NCBI RefSeq assembly: GCF_026571515.1
Contig: NW_026854096.1
Coordinates: forward strand, 310,001 to 374,000
Source of the DNA: Ruditapes philippinarum
Taxonomy: Eukaryota
Reading direction: 5' to 3'
Length of the DNA: 64,000 nucleotides
In this document: positions 1 through 14,023 of the stretch, piece after piece
How the letters are laid out: the number at the start of each line of letters is the position of its first letter
Numbering within the stretch: the first letter of the stretch is position 1
The notes under the pieces: generated by a model
Told to the model about the DNA's origin: nothing
Seen by the model: the letters and a program-made list of their open reading frames with translations, nothing else
The model's database searches: none
Translations under genes and position numbers: made by a program

Positions 1-532
1 TGCTGCCTGACAAAACCAGCAGATGAACTTTAAAATGTCTCTTAAAACTTACAAAATCTTCCTACGTTGATTTAAGATTCTTCGCATAAAAACAAAAATA
101 ACCAAATCAAATAACCAATTCAAATAATGTTACCGGTATTTCTTATATACGAATGATACAAGGGAAAACGAGTTTTTTGGCGGCCCGAAAGTCTTGAGAC
201 ATAAAGTGTGTTCCTCCGAGCTTTGTGCTCTAGCTATTGAGCATATAGCCAAATTATTAGCTAGTTTTAATGTCTCACACAATCTGGAAATGAAACATTC
301 CATTTTCCTACATATCTTTAAAATGGACTGCCCCGTACTATGAATAAATATGAAGAAACTTCTGTTTATCAAATACAAAGTTTAGATTATGCTGTCAATA
401 TTTTGAAAATGTGAAATACCCTTTATATAAATGTTTAGATTTTAAAAAAATGTGATCAGGCGACCTTTTTTATCACGATGAGTTGTATCTGCAGTAGTGA
501 TAAAATCAAGGTCTAGATTACGCTGTCAATAT

Positions 533-1906
533 TGTTATGCGATGAAAATTTGCAAAATCTTTCTCAATGAAATAATCTTTGTACATTTTTTGTAATTGTC
601 ATTTTTGTATTGAAACATATTTTTCTCAAATTCTAAAAAACACATTTGGTTGCCACAGGCTAAGGTGTCGTTCATTTCTCAATTGGATGTTGAGCAATCT
701 AAAAAAATGCATATTTTGATAAGTAATCTGTTGTACAAATTCTGGTGATAAGTCTTTATTGAAATAGAAGACATACATTCCGGCTTAAGACAGCCATTCC
801 GGCTTAAAAAAGTGTTTTAGCACCTTTTTTCGGCATAAGCCGCCGGCAGTGGTTCGGGATATTTCGATATATAATTTTTGATTGGTTGTTTTTTTTGTAA
901 CGTCAATGGTTATTGGTTCAAATCTTTTTTGGTCTTTCCTTAAAAAGTGTGTCTTTCCTTAGTAAAGTCACTTTATGTTGGACTTTACATGTGTTTTATT
1001 CTTTAAAATAAAAAAAGGAAAGTACACATATTCTTCTTGATATTTTAGGTAAGAATTTTATATTTTGAATTTCTGACAGATTTTGTTAAACTTGAATTCT
1101 CAGAATGTTGTTAACATGTTCTCTCAAGATTACAGTTTGTAAATTGTAAATGTGTCTATGTTTCTGTAATAGTTTAACATTTTTATTATTTTTGTTTGTT
1201 AACGGACTCAGTGTAAATTGATAATTCAATTTCGAATCCGCTGATTTATCCTTTTCCGTGATAAGCACCTCTTTTGGCTAAACTGATATTGTAATGATGC
1301 AAGCAAAATAGATTTCATTGTAATTAAAGTTTTGAATCATTTAAGCAATAATGCAGGAACTATTTAGTACAGGTAATTGCACAATTCATTTTGAATTATT
1401 TAATTGTATTTATTTATTTTTAGCTAGTTAAATGAAACGCATTGACAACGTTATTATTTATGCTTTTGATTATCTCTTACTATCCGAAAATATGGACTGT
1501 TGATAATTTGTAGTAAAATGAAGAACATTAAATTTAGCATTATTTTTATATTTGCATTTACTTGTTAATTGTTCTTGTCATTGGATATAAAGGAAATCTA
1601 AGGTTTATGACACAAGTAGATTATACTGATCATATTTATAATTAATTGCAACATGTTTTATATTTTATGAAAACATGTTCTATGTTTAATTATGTCATTT
1701 TAACATGTTTTATATTTCATTCCATATGTTTGATGTTATCATTTTCACTTTATGTTGGACTTTACATGTGTTTTATTCTTTAAAATAAAAAAAGGAAAGT
1801 ACACATATTCTTCTTGATATTTTAGATGTCTTGGAAGAGAGTCAAAAACAGGGGCAACAACTCCTGAATTACCTAAACAATAGAAACCGTGCAACAAAGC
1901 ACAAAA
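533..1906 (+). repeat. 5' LTR of outer element (1374 bp, TGTTATGC...GCACAAAA)
   Basis: Direct repeat of 6169-7536; contains an internal 81-bp direct repeat (968-1048 and 1745-1825). Confidence 0.95.
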
Positions 1907-1956
1907 CTGGTGGGTAGGGATCTTTCCTGACCTCACAGATTAGCAAGCGAGAAGGA

Positions 1957-2964
1957 ATGGTGCTAACTACAAAACCATCTGCAGTGAACATTGTACAAAC
2001 TCGGTCTTCAAAACAGAACCAGACACAAAGTTCATTTTCTAGTTTACATCACATCCAGATTGAAGCAAACACACCATCAAGTCCCGTTACGGTAAACGCC
2101 TCTACATCAACCAGTACTGTTCCTAGTGCAGATATTGAAAATATCTCTCACTTCACCAACATGGCTGGAACCCTTCGGTTAGAACCTTTCAAGGGGGAGT
2201 GTGGTGAAGATATTGAAAAGTTTTTGAGACGTTTTGACCAGTACTGTGCCTGTATGAATTTTAGAGAGGGACAAGCTTTTGCTCAACTTGCCTGGCATTT
2301 GGATGGAATTGCTAGACTCTATATTGAAAATCAATCACCGGCTCCAACCACACTTGATGAATTAAAAGAGTTATTAGTGACAAAATATTCCAAAGAAAAA
2401 CCTGTGAGTCTGAACATTTTCAGTATGAAGCAGGAAGTTTCGGAAAATGCAGAACAATTTCTATCGCGATTAGAGGCAGAAACTTTCAAAACTAAAATAA
2501 ATGATGACTTACAAGTCCAGATCGCACTCAATGGTCTTCATCCAAGTGTAAGTTCTGCCATTTCAACTCATGGACCAAAGACATTGTCAGAAGTACGCAA
2601 TCTTGCGCGTCGCTTAACAAATGTAAGACATTCAGCACCGGTAGCTGCTGCCAATAATTCCTTTGAAGATACTGTGAACATTTTAACGGCAGCAGTTGCT
2701 CAATTAACAACTGTTATGACAAAACAACAACAACAGCCAGAACCGCCTTCTAGGAATTACAGTCCTCATCATCGCCAACCACAAACAAGACGCCAACCTC
2801 ACTTTGAGAAGGAAAGAGAAGCATGTCCACGTTGTGGAGGTAGGTGCACTTCCTATAAATATTGTAGAGCAATAGGCAAAACTTGTGACTTATGTGGTCT
2901 TAACAATCACTTCAAATCTAAATGTAAGACTGCTCGCAAAAACTATCGGGTAAATTCCAGCTAG
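1957..2964 (+). CDS. gag: Retrotransposon Gag (capsid-like region plus C-terminal double zinc knuckle)
   Basis: 335-aa ORF inside the LTRs. LEPFKGE..DIEKFLRRFDQY gag-like N-terminal domain; CPRCGGRCTSYKYC followed by CDLCGLNNHFKSKC (CX2CX4HX4C). Confidence 0.9.
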   Translation: MVLTTKPSAVNIVQTRSSKQNQTQSSFSSLHHIQIEANTPSSPVTVNASTSTSTVPSADIENISHFTNMAGTLRLEPFKGECGEDIEKFLRRFDQYCACMNFREGQAFAQLAWHLDGIARLYIENQSPAPTTLDELKELLVTKYSKEKPVSLNIFSMKQEVSENAEQFLSRLEAETFKTKINDDLQVQIALNGLHPSVSSAISTHGPKTLSEVRNLARRLTNVRHSAPVAAANNSFEDTVNILTAAVAQLTTVMTKQQQQPEPPSRNYSPHHRQPQTRRQPHFEKEREACPRCGGRCTSYKYCRAIGKTCDLCGLNNHFKSKCKTARKNYRVNSS

Positions 2965-3524
2965 GGACTCGCGCCTATCTGCAGGTGTGAGTCTATCAAA
3001 CCAGTAGATGGGCACAATGATATGAAAACAAAGAAAACCCACAATGATACAAATTTTCAAAAAACCCATAAAAACCAAAAAGATAAAGACTACTCTTCTA
3101 AAAAAGATGACCATGATTTAGGTAATAGTGCTGCCAAAAGCAACAAAAGAAAATCTTTTGTAACAAATAATTCTGATAAAACTGTAAAAGAAGCTGAAGT
3201 AAATGCCAACTTTTCTGCGGAGTTACTGAGAAATACTGTTGTTGTTTCTGTCAATCAGAGAAAAACTCCGGCCTTATGTGACACGGGTGCTAATGTCTCT
3301 TGTATAAGTAAATCATTTTTAGACAGAATTTTTCCAGATGACAAACCGCAGTATGTTTCCAATATTTTTAATTCAATCAAAGGTGTAGGTGGAACAATTC
3401 ATAGTGTTTCTGGTGCAGTGGAACTTGACATTAAATTTGGTAATCTGACATGTCCACACCATTTTTTAGTTGTGGAAGATCTTCATCATTCCTTGATTCT
3501 AGGTCATGATTTTTTGAATAAATA
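2965..3524 (+). pseudogene. pol: 5' part of pol: retropepsin aspartic protease, truncated by nested LTR insertion
   Basis: Same frame as gag and open directly after the gag TAG. ALCDTGANVSCIS catalytic DTG motif and LILGHDFL motif; interrupted at 3525 by the inner LTR. Confidence 0.9.
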
Positions 3525-6168
3525 TGTTGTGCGGCCGAAAAATGATAAAATTCTTTTACAAAAAAAAATGAATAAATATGCATGATGATTTTCTTTTAAA
3601 CACAAATATTTCAAAATATAATCATTTTCTTAAAGGTCATATTTTCAAAACTATGTGTGAAATTTCAAATATGTTAAGTTACAGGTACTTTATGTTTTAA
3701 CAATAGATGTCAAATTTATAATTATGTAACCGGAAGAATAAATGTGGCTTTTCCTCCTTGTCCAATCAATGGTGTTAAAAGTTTTATTCTATTTAAGTGA
3801 TAATGTCAATTTAGCCGTCTGTACTTAATAAGTTGTTAAACCTTATTACTGATAAAATGTCCAGGTGATGATTGTTGTTATAAATTATATGTTGCTATGC
3901 TACATTATTTTGTATTGAAACCCGATTGGTTATTTTGTTATTTAAGAAACAAAGATGTTAAAATTTTATTGGTCAGTTTAACACGAAACCATTTTTAGAA
4001 ATATTGTAAAGATAGAATAATCGAACAGTTAGATTTTGGATTTCCAATTAATAACATTGTGGCTCTCCACTAGAAATATTTGTTACTGCTTTTTAATATC
4101 TACATTGTATTTGTTAACGTCAGGATAACCTGTGTATATTTTATATATTATTAATGTTTGTGGTATTCCACTGAGAAAAGAAACAATAAATAATAAAACG
4201 GAACATTGTGTTGAGATTCAACCCACCTTCAGTAGAACTACAAAATCAGCGCATAATACTTGGTGGGAATCAGTGTCTTTCCCAACCTCTTAATTTAGCA
4301 AGCGAGACTACGAATTCAACTTCCCCAAGAAAAACAACAATGAGTTTCATAAATGGAATACCATTTAGAAGTGAAAAATCATGTGGACATAATCATTATC
4401 ACAGACAGGAGAAGTGTTGTGCGAAAATGGCAAGATGTAACAAATGCAAGAGAATTGGACATTTTGCACGAGTTTGCCGACATCAAGCAGTCAAGTCAAG
4501 TCTATCTAAACAACGGGATCAAGAACGAATGACAACTTTTATTAGACGCAAGACATCAGAATGCACATTACCATTCTACAATGAAAACGATGCTTTCTTT
4601 CAGAACAACCAAACAAACAACTCTGTAAGTCATGTTTCAAAAGCAGAACTTCAAAAGTTGAAATCTTTAACTCATTCAATGAATAAAACAATTAACGGTT
4701 TAAAATCAGAAAATGTGGCTCTCAATTTGAAAAATCAAAGACTCAAGGACTTTACCGAAAACCTGCAGAATGAGATTTCCCTCAAGAAATCAGAAATATG
4801 TCATCTTCAAGAAACATTGATACTACAAAGAAACTCGCTAGAAGAAAAATTTAGGGCTGACGCGTCAAAACTAGAAAAAATGGACAAACTCATATTAGAA
4901 TTTAAGAAAATACATGACGATTATGAAGAACTGAGACTTGAATACAATCGGAACACTTACGAAGCAATGGTGACAGAATCAATGAAAAACGACCAAATAG
5001 ATGAACTTAAAAATAAAAATGAAAGCTTGAGAAATGAGATCGCTCAGCTGACAGACAAAACGAAAGATTTATGTCGCAGAAGAGTAACTGAAAATGAAAA
5101 CCAACAACACGATCGTTATAACACATGCGAAACCGGGTTCCAACATAGGGGAGGCAATTGTCACCGCGGAAGACAGCAAGGACATAGAGGGCAATACAGC
5201 AGAAATAAACGTCATTAGGGGTGTATGGTTTACAATAAGACAGCAGTTAGGATATATATATATTATTAGTGGATGGTACTTACGCTTTTCAGCAAAATCG
5301 GTGCTTTATGTTCACAATATATTTCTGTAACTGAATGTCTTACGTAAACAGTATTTTAATGATATTTACTTTTGTTATATACATATTTTTATGCTCCATT
5401 TCACAGGAGTGAAATAGTCTTAAAGGAGGGAGAAGTGTTGTGCGGCCGAAAAATGATAAAATTCTTTTACAAAAAAAAATGAATAAATATGCATGATGAT
5501 TTTCTTTTAAACACAAATATTTCAAAATATAATCATTTTCTTAAAGGTCATATTTTCAAAACTATGTGTGAAATTTCAAATATGTTAAGTTACAGGTACT
5601 TTATGTTTTAACAATAGATGTCAAATTTATAATTATGTAACCGGAAGAATAAATGTGGCTTTTCCTCCTTGTCCAATCAATGGTGTTAAAAGTTTTATTC
5701 TATTTAAGTGATAATGTCAATTTAGCCGTCTGTACTTAATAAGTTGTTAAACCTTATTACTGATAAAATGTCCAGGTGATGATTGTTGTTATAAATTATA
5801 TGTTGCTATGCTACATTATTTTGTATTGAAACCCGATTGGTTATTTTGTTATTTAAGAAACAAAGATGTTAAAATTTTATTGGTCAGTTTAACACGAAAC
5901 CATTTTTAGAAATATTGTAAAGATAGAATAATCGAACAGTTAGATTTTGGATTTCCAATTAATAACATTGTGGCTCTCCACTAGAAATATTTGTTACTGC
6001 TTTTTAATATCTACATTGTATTTGTTAACGTCAGGATAACCTGTGTATATTTTATATATTATTAATGTTTGTGGTATTCCACTGAGAAAAGAAACAATAA
6101 ATAATAAAACGGAACATTGTGTTGAGATTCAACCCACCTTCAGTAGAACTACAAAATCAGCGCATAAT
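3525..6168 (+). mobile_element. Inner small non-autonomous LTR retroelement (~2.6 kb)
   Basis: LTRs at 3525-4258 and 5436-6168 with no differences seen. PBS-like TGGTGGG at 4261; polypurine tract AAAGGAGGGAGAAG at 5422-5435 directly before the 3' LTR; one internal ORF and no pol. Confidence 0.93.
4340..5218 (+). CDS. Zinc-knuckle plus coiled-coil protein of the inner LTR element (292 aa from first ATG)
   Basis: Open frame 4208-5218, first ATG at 4340. N-terminal CNKCKRIGHFARVC (CCHC) knuckle, long E/K/L/N-rich heptad-like region, Arg/Gly/His-rich C-terminus. Confidence 0.8.
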   Translation: MSFINGIPFRSEKSCGHNHYHRQEKCCAKMARCNKCKRIGHFARVCRHQAVKSSLSKQRDQERMTTFIRRKTSECTLPFYNENDAFFQNNQTNNSVSHVSKAELQKLKSLTHSMNKTINGLKSENVALNLKNQRLKDFTENLQNEISLKKSEICHLQETLILQRNSLEEKFRADASKLEKMDKLILEFKKIHDDYEELRLEYNRNTYEAMVTESMKNDQIDELKNKNESLRNEIAQLTDKTKDLCRRRVTENENQQHDRYNTCETGFQHRGGNCHRGRQQGHRGQYSRNKRH

Positions 6169-7536
6169 TGCGATGAAAATTTGCAAAATCTTTCTCAATG
6201 AAATAATCTTTGTACATTTTTTGTAATTGTCATTTTTGTATTGAAACATATTTTTCTCAAATTCTAAAAAACACATTTGGTTGCCACAGGCTAAGGTGTC
6301 GTTCATTTCTCAATTGGATGTTGAGCAATCTAAAAAATGCATATTTTGATAAGTAATCTGTTGTACAAATTCTGGTGATAAGTCTTTATTGAAATAGAAG
6401 ACATACATTCCGGCTTAAGACAGCCATTCCGGCTTAAAAAAGTGTTTTAGCACCTTTTTTCGGCATAAGCCGCCGGCAGTGGTTCGGGATATTTCGATAT
6501 ATAATTTTTGATTGGTTGTTTTTTTTGTAACGTCAATGGTTATTGGTTCAAATCTTTTTTGGTCTTTCCTTAAAAAGTGTGTCTTTCCTTAGTAAAGTCA
6601 CTTTATGTTGGACTTTACATGTGTTTTATTCTTTAAAATAAAAAAAGGAAAGTACACATATTCTTCTTGATATTTTAGGTAAGAATTTTATATTTTGAAT
6701 TTCGGACAAATTTTGTTAAACTTGAATTCTCAGAATGTTGTTAACATGTTCTCTCAAGATTACAGTTTGTAAATTGTAAATGTGTCTATGTTTCTGTAAT
6801 AGTTTAACATTTTTATTATTTTTGTTTGTTAACGGACTCAGTGTAAATTGATAATTCAATTTCGAATCCGCTGATTTATCCTTTTCCGTGATAAGCGCCT
6901 CTTTTGGCTAAACTGATATTGTAATGATGCAAGCAAAATAGATTTCATTGTAATTAAAGTTTTGAATCATTTAAGCAATAATGCAGGAACTATTTAGTAC
7001 AGGTAATTGCACAATTCATTTTGAATTGTTTAATTGTATGTATTTAACTTTAGCTAGTTAAATGAAACGCATTGACAACGTTATTATTTATGCTTTTGAT
7101 TATCTCTTACTATCCGAAAATATGGACTGTTGATAATTTGTAGTAAAATGAAGAACATTAAATTTAGCATTATTTTTATATTTGCATTTACTTGTTAATT
7201 GTTCTTGTCATTGGATATAAAGGAAATCTAAGGTTTATGACACAAGTAGATTATACTGATCATATTTATAATTAATTGCAACATGTTTTATATTTTATGA
7301 AAACATGTTCTATGTTTAATTATGTCATTTTAACATGTTTTATATTTCATTCCATATGTTTGATGTTATCATTTTCACTTTATGTTGGACTTTACATGTG
7401 TTTTATTCTTTAAAATAAAAAAAGGAAAGTACACATATTCTTCTTGATATTTTAGATGTCTTGGAAGAGAGTCAAAAACAGGGGCAACAACTCCTGAATT
7501 ACCTAAACAATAGAAACCGTGCAACAAAGCACAAAA
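6169..7536 (+). repeat. 3' LTR of outer element, lacking its first 5 bp
   Basis: Starts TGCGATGAAAA (equal to 538 of the 5' LTR) and directly abuts the inner 3' LTR. Confidence 0.95.
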
Positions 7537-8409
7537 ATATTTTGAAATGATAAAATACCCTGTTTATAAATTTGATCTAATTTTGAATTCATTATTTAGT
7601 AGCTTTTGCTTCTTTATTTTCCCATTTTGTTCAAGAATGATCTAAATGAGTTAATAACGGACGAAAGTAAATAAATGGATTTATATGTTGTATATAGTTG
7701 CTGCCTTGTCCGTCATTTTGGTTTTATGTGGATATGTAAACAATATGTAACATCCATACGTGGTTTTATGTGGACAAATAGAGCAATGGGATATTCACTT
7801 AAAAGTACGGACACCGACGTCCGTTCGTCCGGGCCCTTTTCCTATGGCTTAAGTTTCGACCGTCTTGTCCGTCACACCCTTATACGGAGAATAACTTGAA
7901 AAAGCATTGTTCTTTGTCAAAGGAATTTGCTTAAACCATCGATCAGGAAGAGAAAGTCCATCGTCCAAGAACCATAACTTTACCTTGCTTAGTTTTTTAA
8001 TTATCCCCCTAATTTAATTATGCGTATCCGGAGTATCACTTTTAAACTATCGATGAACTTTATTGAAACTTCACGCAGTAATTGGGACAAATTGAAGAAA
8101 GTGCAGTGACAAAGAACGACAACTTTACATTTTACTTACTTTATTTTTGAAATTTCTTCTTATATAATACTTCTCCGGATAATCACTTTAAAGTACTATA
8201 GGATATTTGATTAAAACTTCACACAGTAATACAGATCAATAAAAGAGGGCACCATAATTCTACATTGCTGAAATTCTAGATTATGTCTCTTTTATCATAC
8301 CGAAAATGTTATATAATGCTTGTCTGGAGAATAACTTCCAAACTGTCGATGACATCTCATTTTGAACAAAAATATAATTTTAAAGTTGTATAATATTATT
8401 TTTATCCAA

Positions 8410-8835
8410 TATTAGCTCACCAGAACCGAAGATTCAGAGGGGGGGGGGGGCTATTAGTATCAAAGACGGGGGGGGGGGGTCCGTATTTCCGTCGTCATGC
8501 GTCAACATTCATCTCCTCTGAAACTGCTGGGCAGATTGATTTCAAATTCGGTCTGTTGCATCATTGTGATTTTAAATTTGCTCATATAATTTCAGTTTAG
8601 GGGTCTACAGAGCTAAAAATAGATGTAAACATCATCCCCTGCTGAACTAATTGATGGATGATCACCAAACTGTGTATGTAGCATTTTTAGGCAGTCTTTT
8701 ATCAAATTTGCTCATATTAACTTGATGGCCCTTTTTAGTAAACTAAAGCTAAATGTAGAAAAGCCTTTAAACATTTCTTACAGAAATAATCGATGGATGA
8801 TCACCTAACTTTGTCTGTAGCATTCTTAGGTAGTC
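8410..8835 (+). mobile_element. Degenerate Helentron/HINE-like non-autonomous repeat (approximate limits)
   Basis: TTAGCTCACC start, CCGTCGTC motif, TCTCCTCTGAAACTGCTGG, and internally repeated GATGGATGATCACC.AACT units, resembling common mollusc interspersed repeats from memory. Confidence 0.45.
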
Positions 8836-9866
8836 TTTTTTCAGCTCAATTTTTCATTTGAAGAAAATGCCATCATATATTTGCTACAAACGTTTTAGTT
8901 TTCCACTTGCAAGAAAGAGTACATAAATTACAGGTTAGGAGAATGGTTGCACTATCCTTGTCCAAGATACTTTATTACTAATAAATAAGTAAGTAAATAA
9001 GAATCTTGTACATGTTGTGTCTCAATGGACAAATATGTTTGTGAAATATTTAGACTTATTCAATCGATGAATTTAAGATGATTATCTATTACAATCTAAC
9101 AAAAAATTTAAACATACGCTAGCGATGGGATGCCACTTTTCTAAATATCACTAACGTTAAAAGACCTTCTTCCGCTAGTCAAAAGATGCACAAAAACAGT
9201 CATATTCTAAGTATTTTATCAAAGGTTTTTCTAATTTGTATATTTATTAAGGAATATACATAAAAACAAATATGATTAAATATTTTTTTTTTCATTTCGT
9301 GCAATCTTGAATGAACAAACATGAAAAATAACGGTCTTTTCTTTTCTTGATCGTCTTTTACGGCCTTTTCCATGATAGTAAATATTCGTATAACGTTAGT
9401 CACATGTTTTTCAACAAAACTATACTGTTTGAATAAAATTAAATATATATATAATATATATATATACGAGCCACTGGCGAGCACAATGTTACAAATATAA
9501 TGTACTATAATTATATTTCATAACAAAAATACGAAACAAAAATTTTCAGTAAAGAAGAATCACGTGTATGTTATTACACTAGCTCTTAGCTTAATGTATA
9601 TGACGTAGGGTTCACTCCACGTTCACTCTTAGCTCGTTTAACGTATATGACATCACGTTCAATTATATGTCGGAAATGGTAACACATAAGTGATTATCTT
9701 TACTATATGGTACCATTCATTGATTAAAATGAATTTTGATAGTAAAATAATTCCTTAACATTCGTCATTTAGGCTGATTTTTACAAAAACAGAAATAAAA
9801 GAACTCCGGTTATATATTTATGTTTCCTATATAAAATATTTCTAATGATAGACTAGACTGTTCCAA

Positions 9867-12466
<2,600 letters not shown>

Positions 12467-13756
12467 GTTATATCGTTTGACTCTTAAAAGGAAAAACAAT
12501 TTACTAATATCATATCTATTTTTTATACACTTTTGCAGAAGGTAATAAAAATTACTTTATTAAAATTATTATTATATCGCTTTAAATTTGTCTCAAAAAA
12601 GCAACAATCAATAAGATTTCACCTTTTCTAGAATACGAATTACATATATTTATTTTACGTGTTTTGCAATAATTTATTGCACAATTCGTTTTGTTGCAAC
12701 ACCATAACCAGTAAATGTCATTAAAACGTGTCCTATGATAAAAAATATTGAAATAGAATATTTTGTCACCGTCTGTCCATATATTTCATGCATTTGCTTT
12801 TTTATTGCTTTTTTACGTAGCCAAAACAATGTATGGAGGAGCTAACGGAAACGCGCTAGTTCTCGTCTGCTTAAACAGCAGACCATCTTCACAGTTACCG
12901 TATATGATTAAGAATACCGGTACAAATTAAGAAACTGTTGAATAATAAGAAACTCTTGAATGATAAAAAAATAAGTAAATTAATAATCAAGCGAACAAAG
13001 AACTTGTCAGATCGGAGTGAATCCTGTCTGTGAATACATGAAAAAATGTCCAATGCGAAATAAAACATGTAGATCTAGCCAAAATACAGAAATGGCATGT
13101 ACAGTAATGAGATATAAAATTGAACTTGCACACATCCACCAGACGACAAAAACATTCAGCCATGTGACCTTGCATAATCAAGCGATATTCAAAGACAAAC
13201 CAATTAAAAATGAAAATCCACAGGCATGTAGTCGACTCTGCCCCGAATTATTATTACTAGTATTATAAACGTCATTAAAACGAGTTACTGATTTATCCGT
13301 GAACATTATATTTGATTAATAACATAAAATTCAAACGTAATGAAAAAGAAAAGAAATTACTTTCATTCATTCAGGTTTTTAATCACAAACATCGTCTATT
13401 ATTTTGACTACATTTTAACAGTTGGAAAATACACTTCCTGTCACATGCTCTTGATGACATTTGGGCATATTTAAGTGTCCTACGAGCATTAACTGTAATG
13501 CAATGTGATAAAAAGCAATGCGGTCACCAGATCGAAGGATAAGTAAACAACCCAGCGTTCGTAAGACAGCAAATCATTCCAAATTACTAGTGGATTCTAT
13601 AATGTTTACTCATCATTTGACAATTACTTATTTTCTGCAACAATCCCCACCCAAATAAGTTTTCTTTCTTATAATTGTATGTATCAAAACTATTTTTTTC
13701 GTCCCGTGAAATACACAACTTTAAGAATGGCGGTCGCCTACATTTCAAAGGCCAAT

Positions 13757-14023
13757 CACAGGCACGAGTATCGGACCTGGGAAGAAAAAATATGACCAGA
13801 TTGATAAATAAACATGTGTTCATCTTAAAAGTGTCAAAAAAAACCCCAAACAAATGTAAGTAACGACCTCCTTTAAAAATATACTAAAATATTCTTAACT
13901 TATAGTATATTTTTAAAGGGGGTCATTATTTACATTTTTGGGGGTGTTTTTTTATGAACACAGGTTTTTTTTTTATCAATCTGGTCATATTTTTTCTTCC
14001 CAGGTCCGATACTCGTGCCTGTG
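13757..14023. mobile_element. Palindromic MITE (267 bp) with 8-bp TSD (hAT- or P-type)
   Basis: Long TIRs CACAGGCACGAGTATCGGACCTGGGAAG...; TSD AGGCCAAT at 13749-13756 and 14024-14031. Confidence 0.92.

Larger units (their letters stand above)
533..7536 (+). mobile_element. Outer Ty3/Gypsy-like LTR retrotransposon (defective; nested insertion plus deletion of RT/RH/IN)
   Basis: Near-identical LTRs at 533-1906 and 6169-7536 (about 8 differences seen by eye). 4-bp TSD ATAT at 529-532 and 7537-7540. PBS-like TGGTGGG just after the 5' LTR; gag and protease ORFs inside. Confidence 0.95.

Noticed and set aside
2945-2992. -1 ribosomal frameshift at the gag end
   Set aside because: No canonical X XXY YYZ heptamer in phase; the -1 frame closes at TGA and the protease is in the 0 frame.
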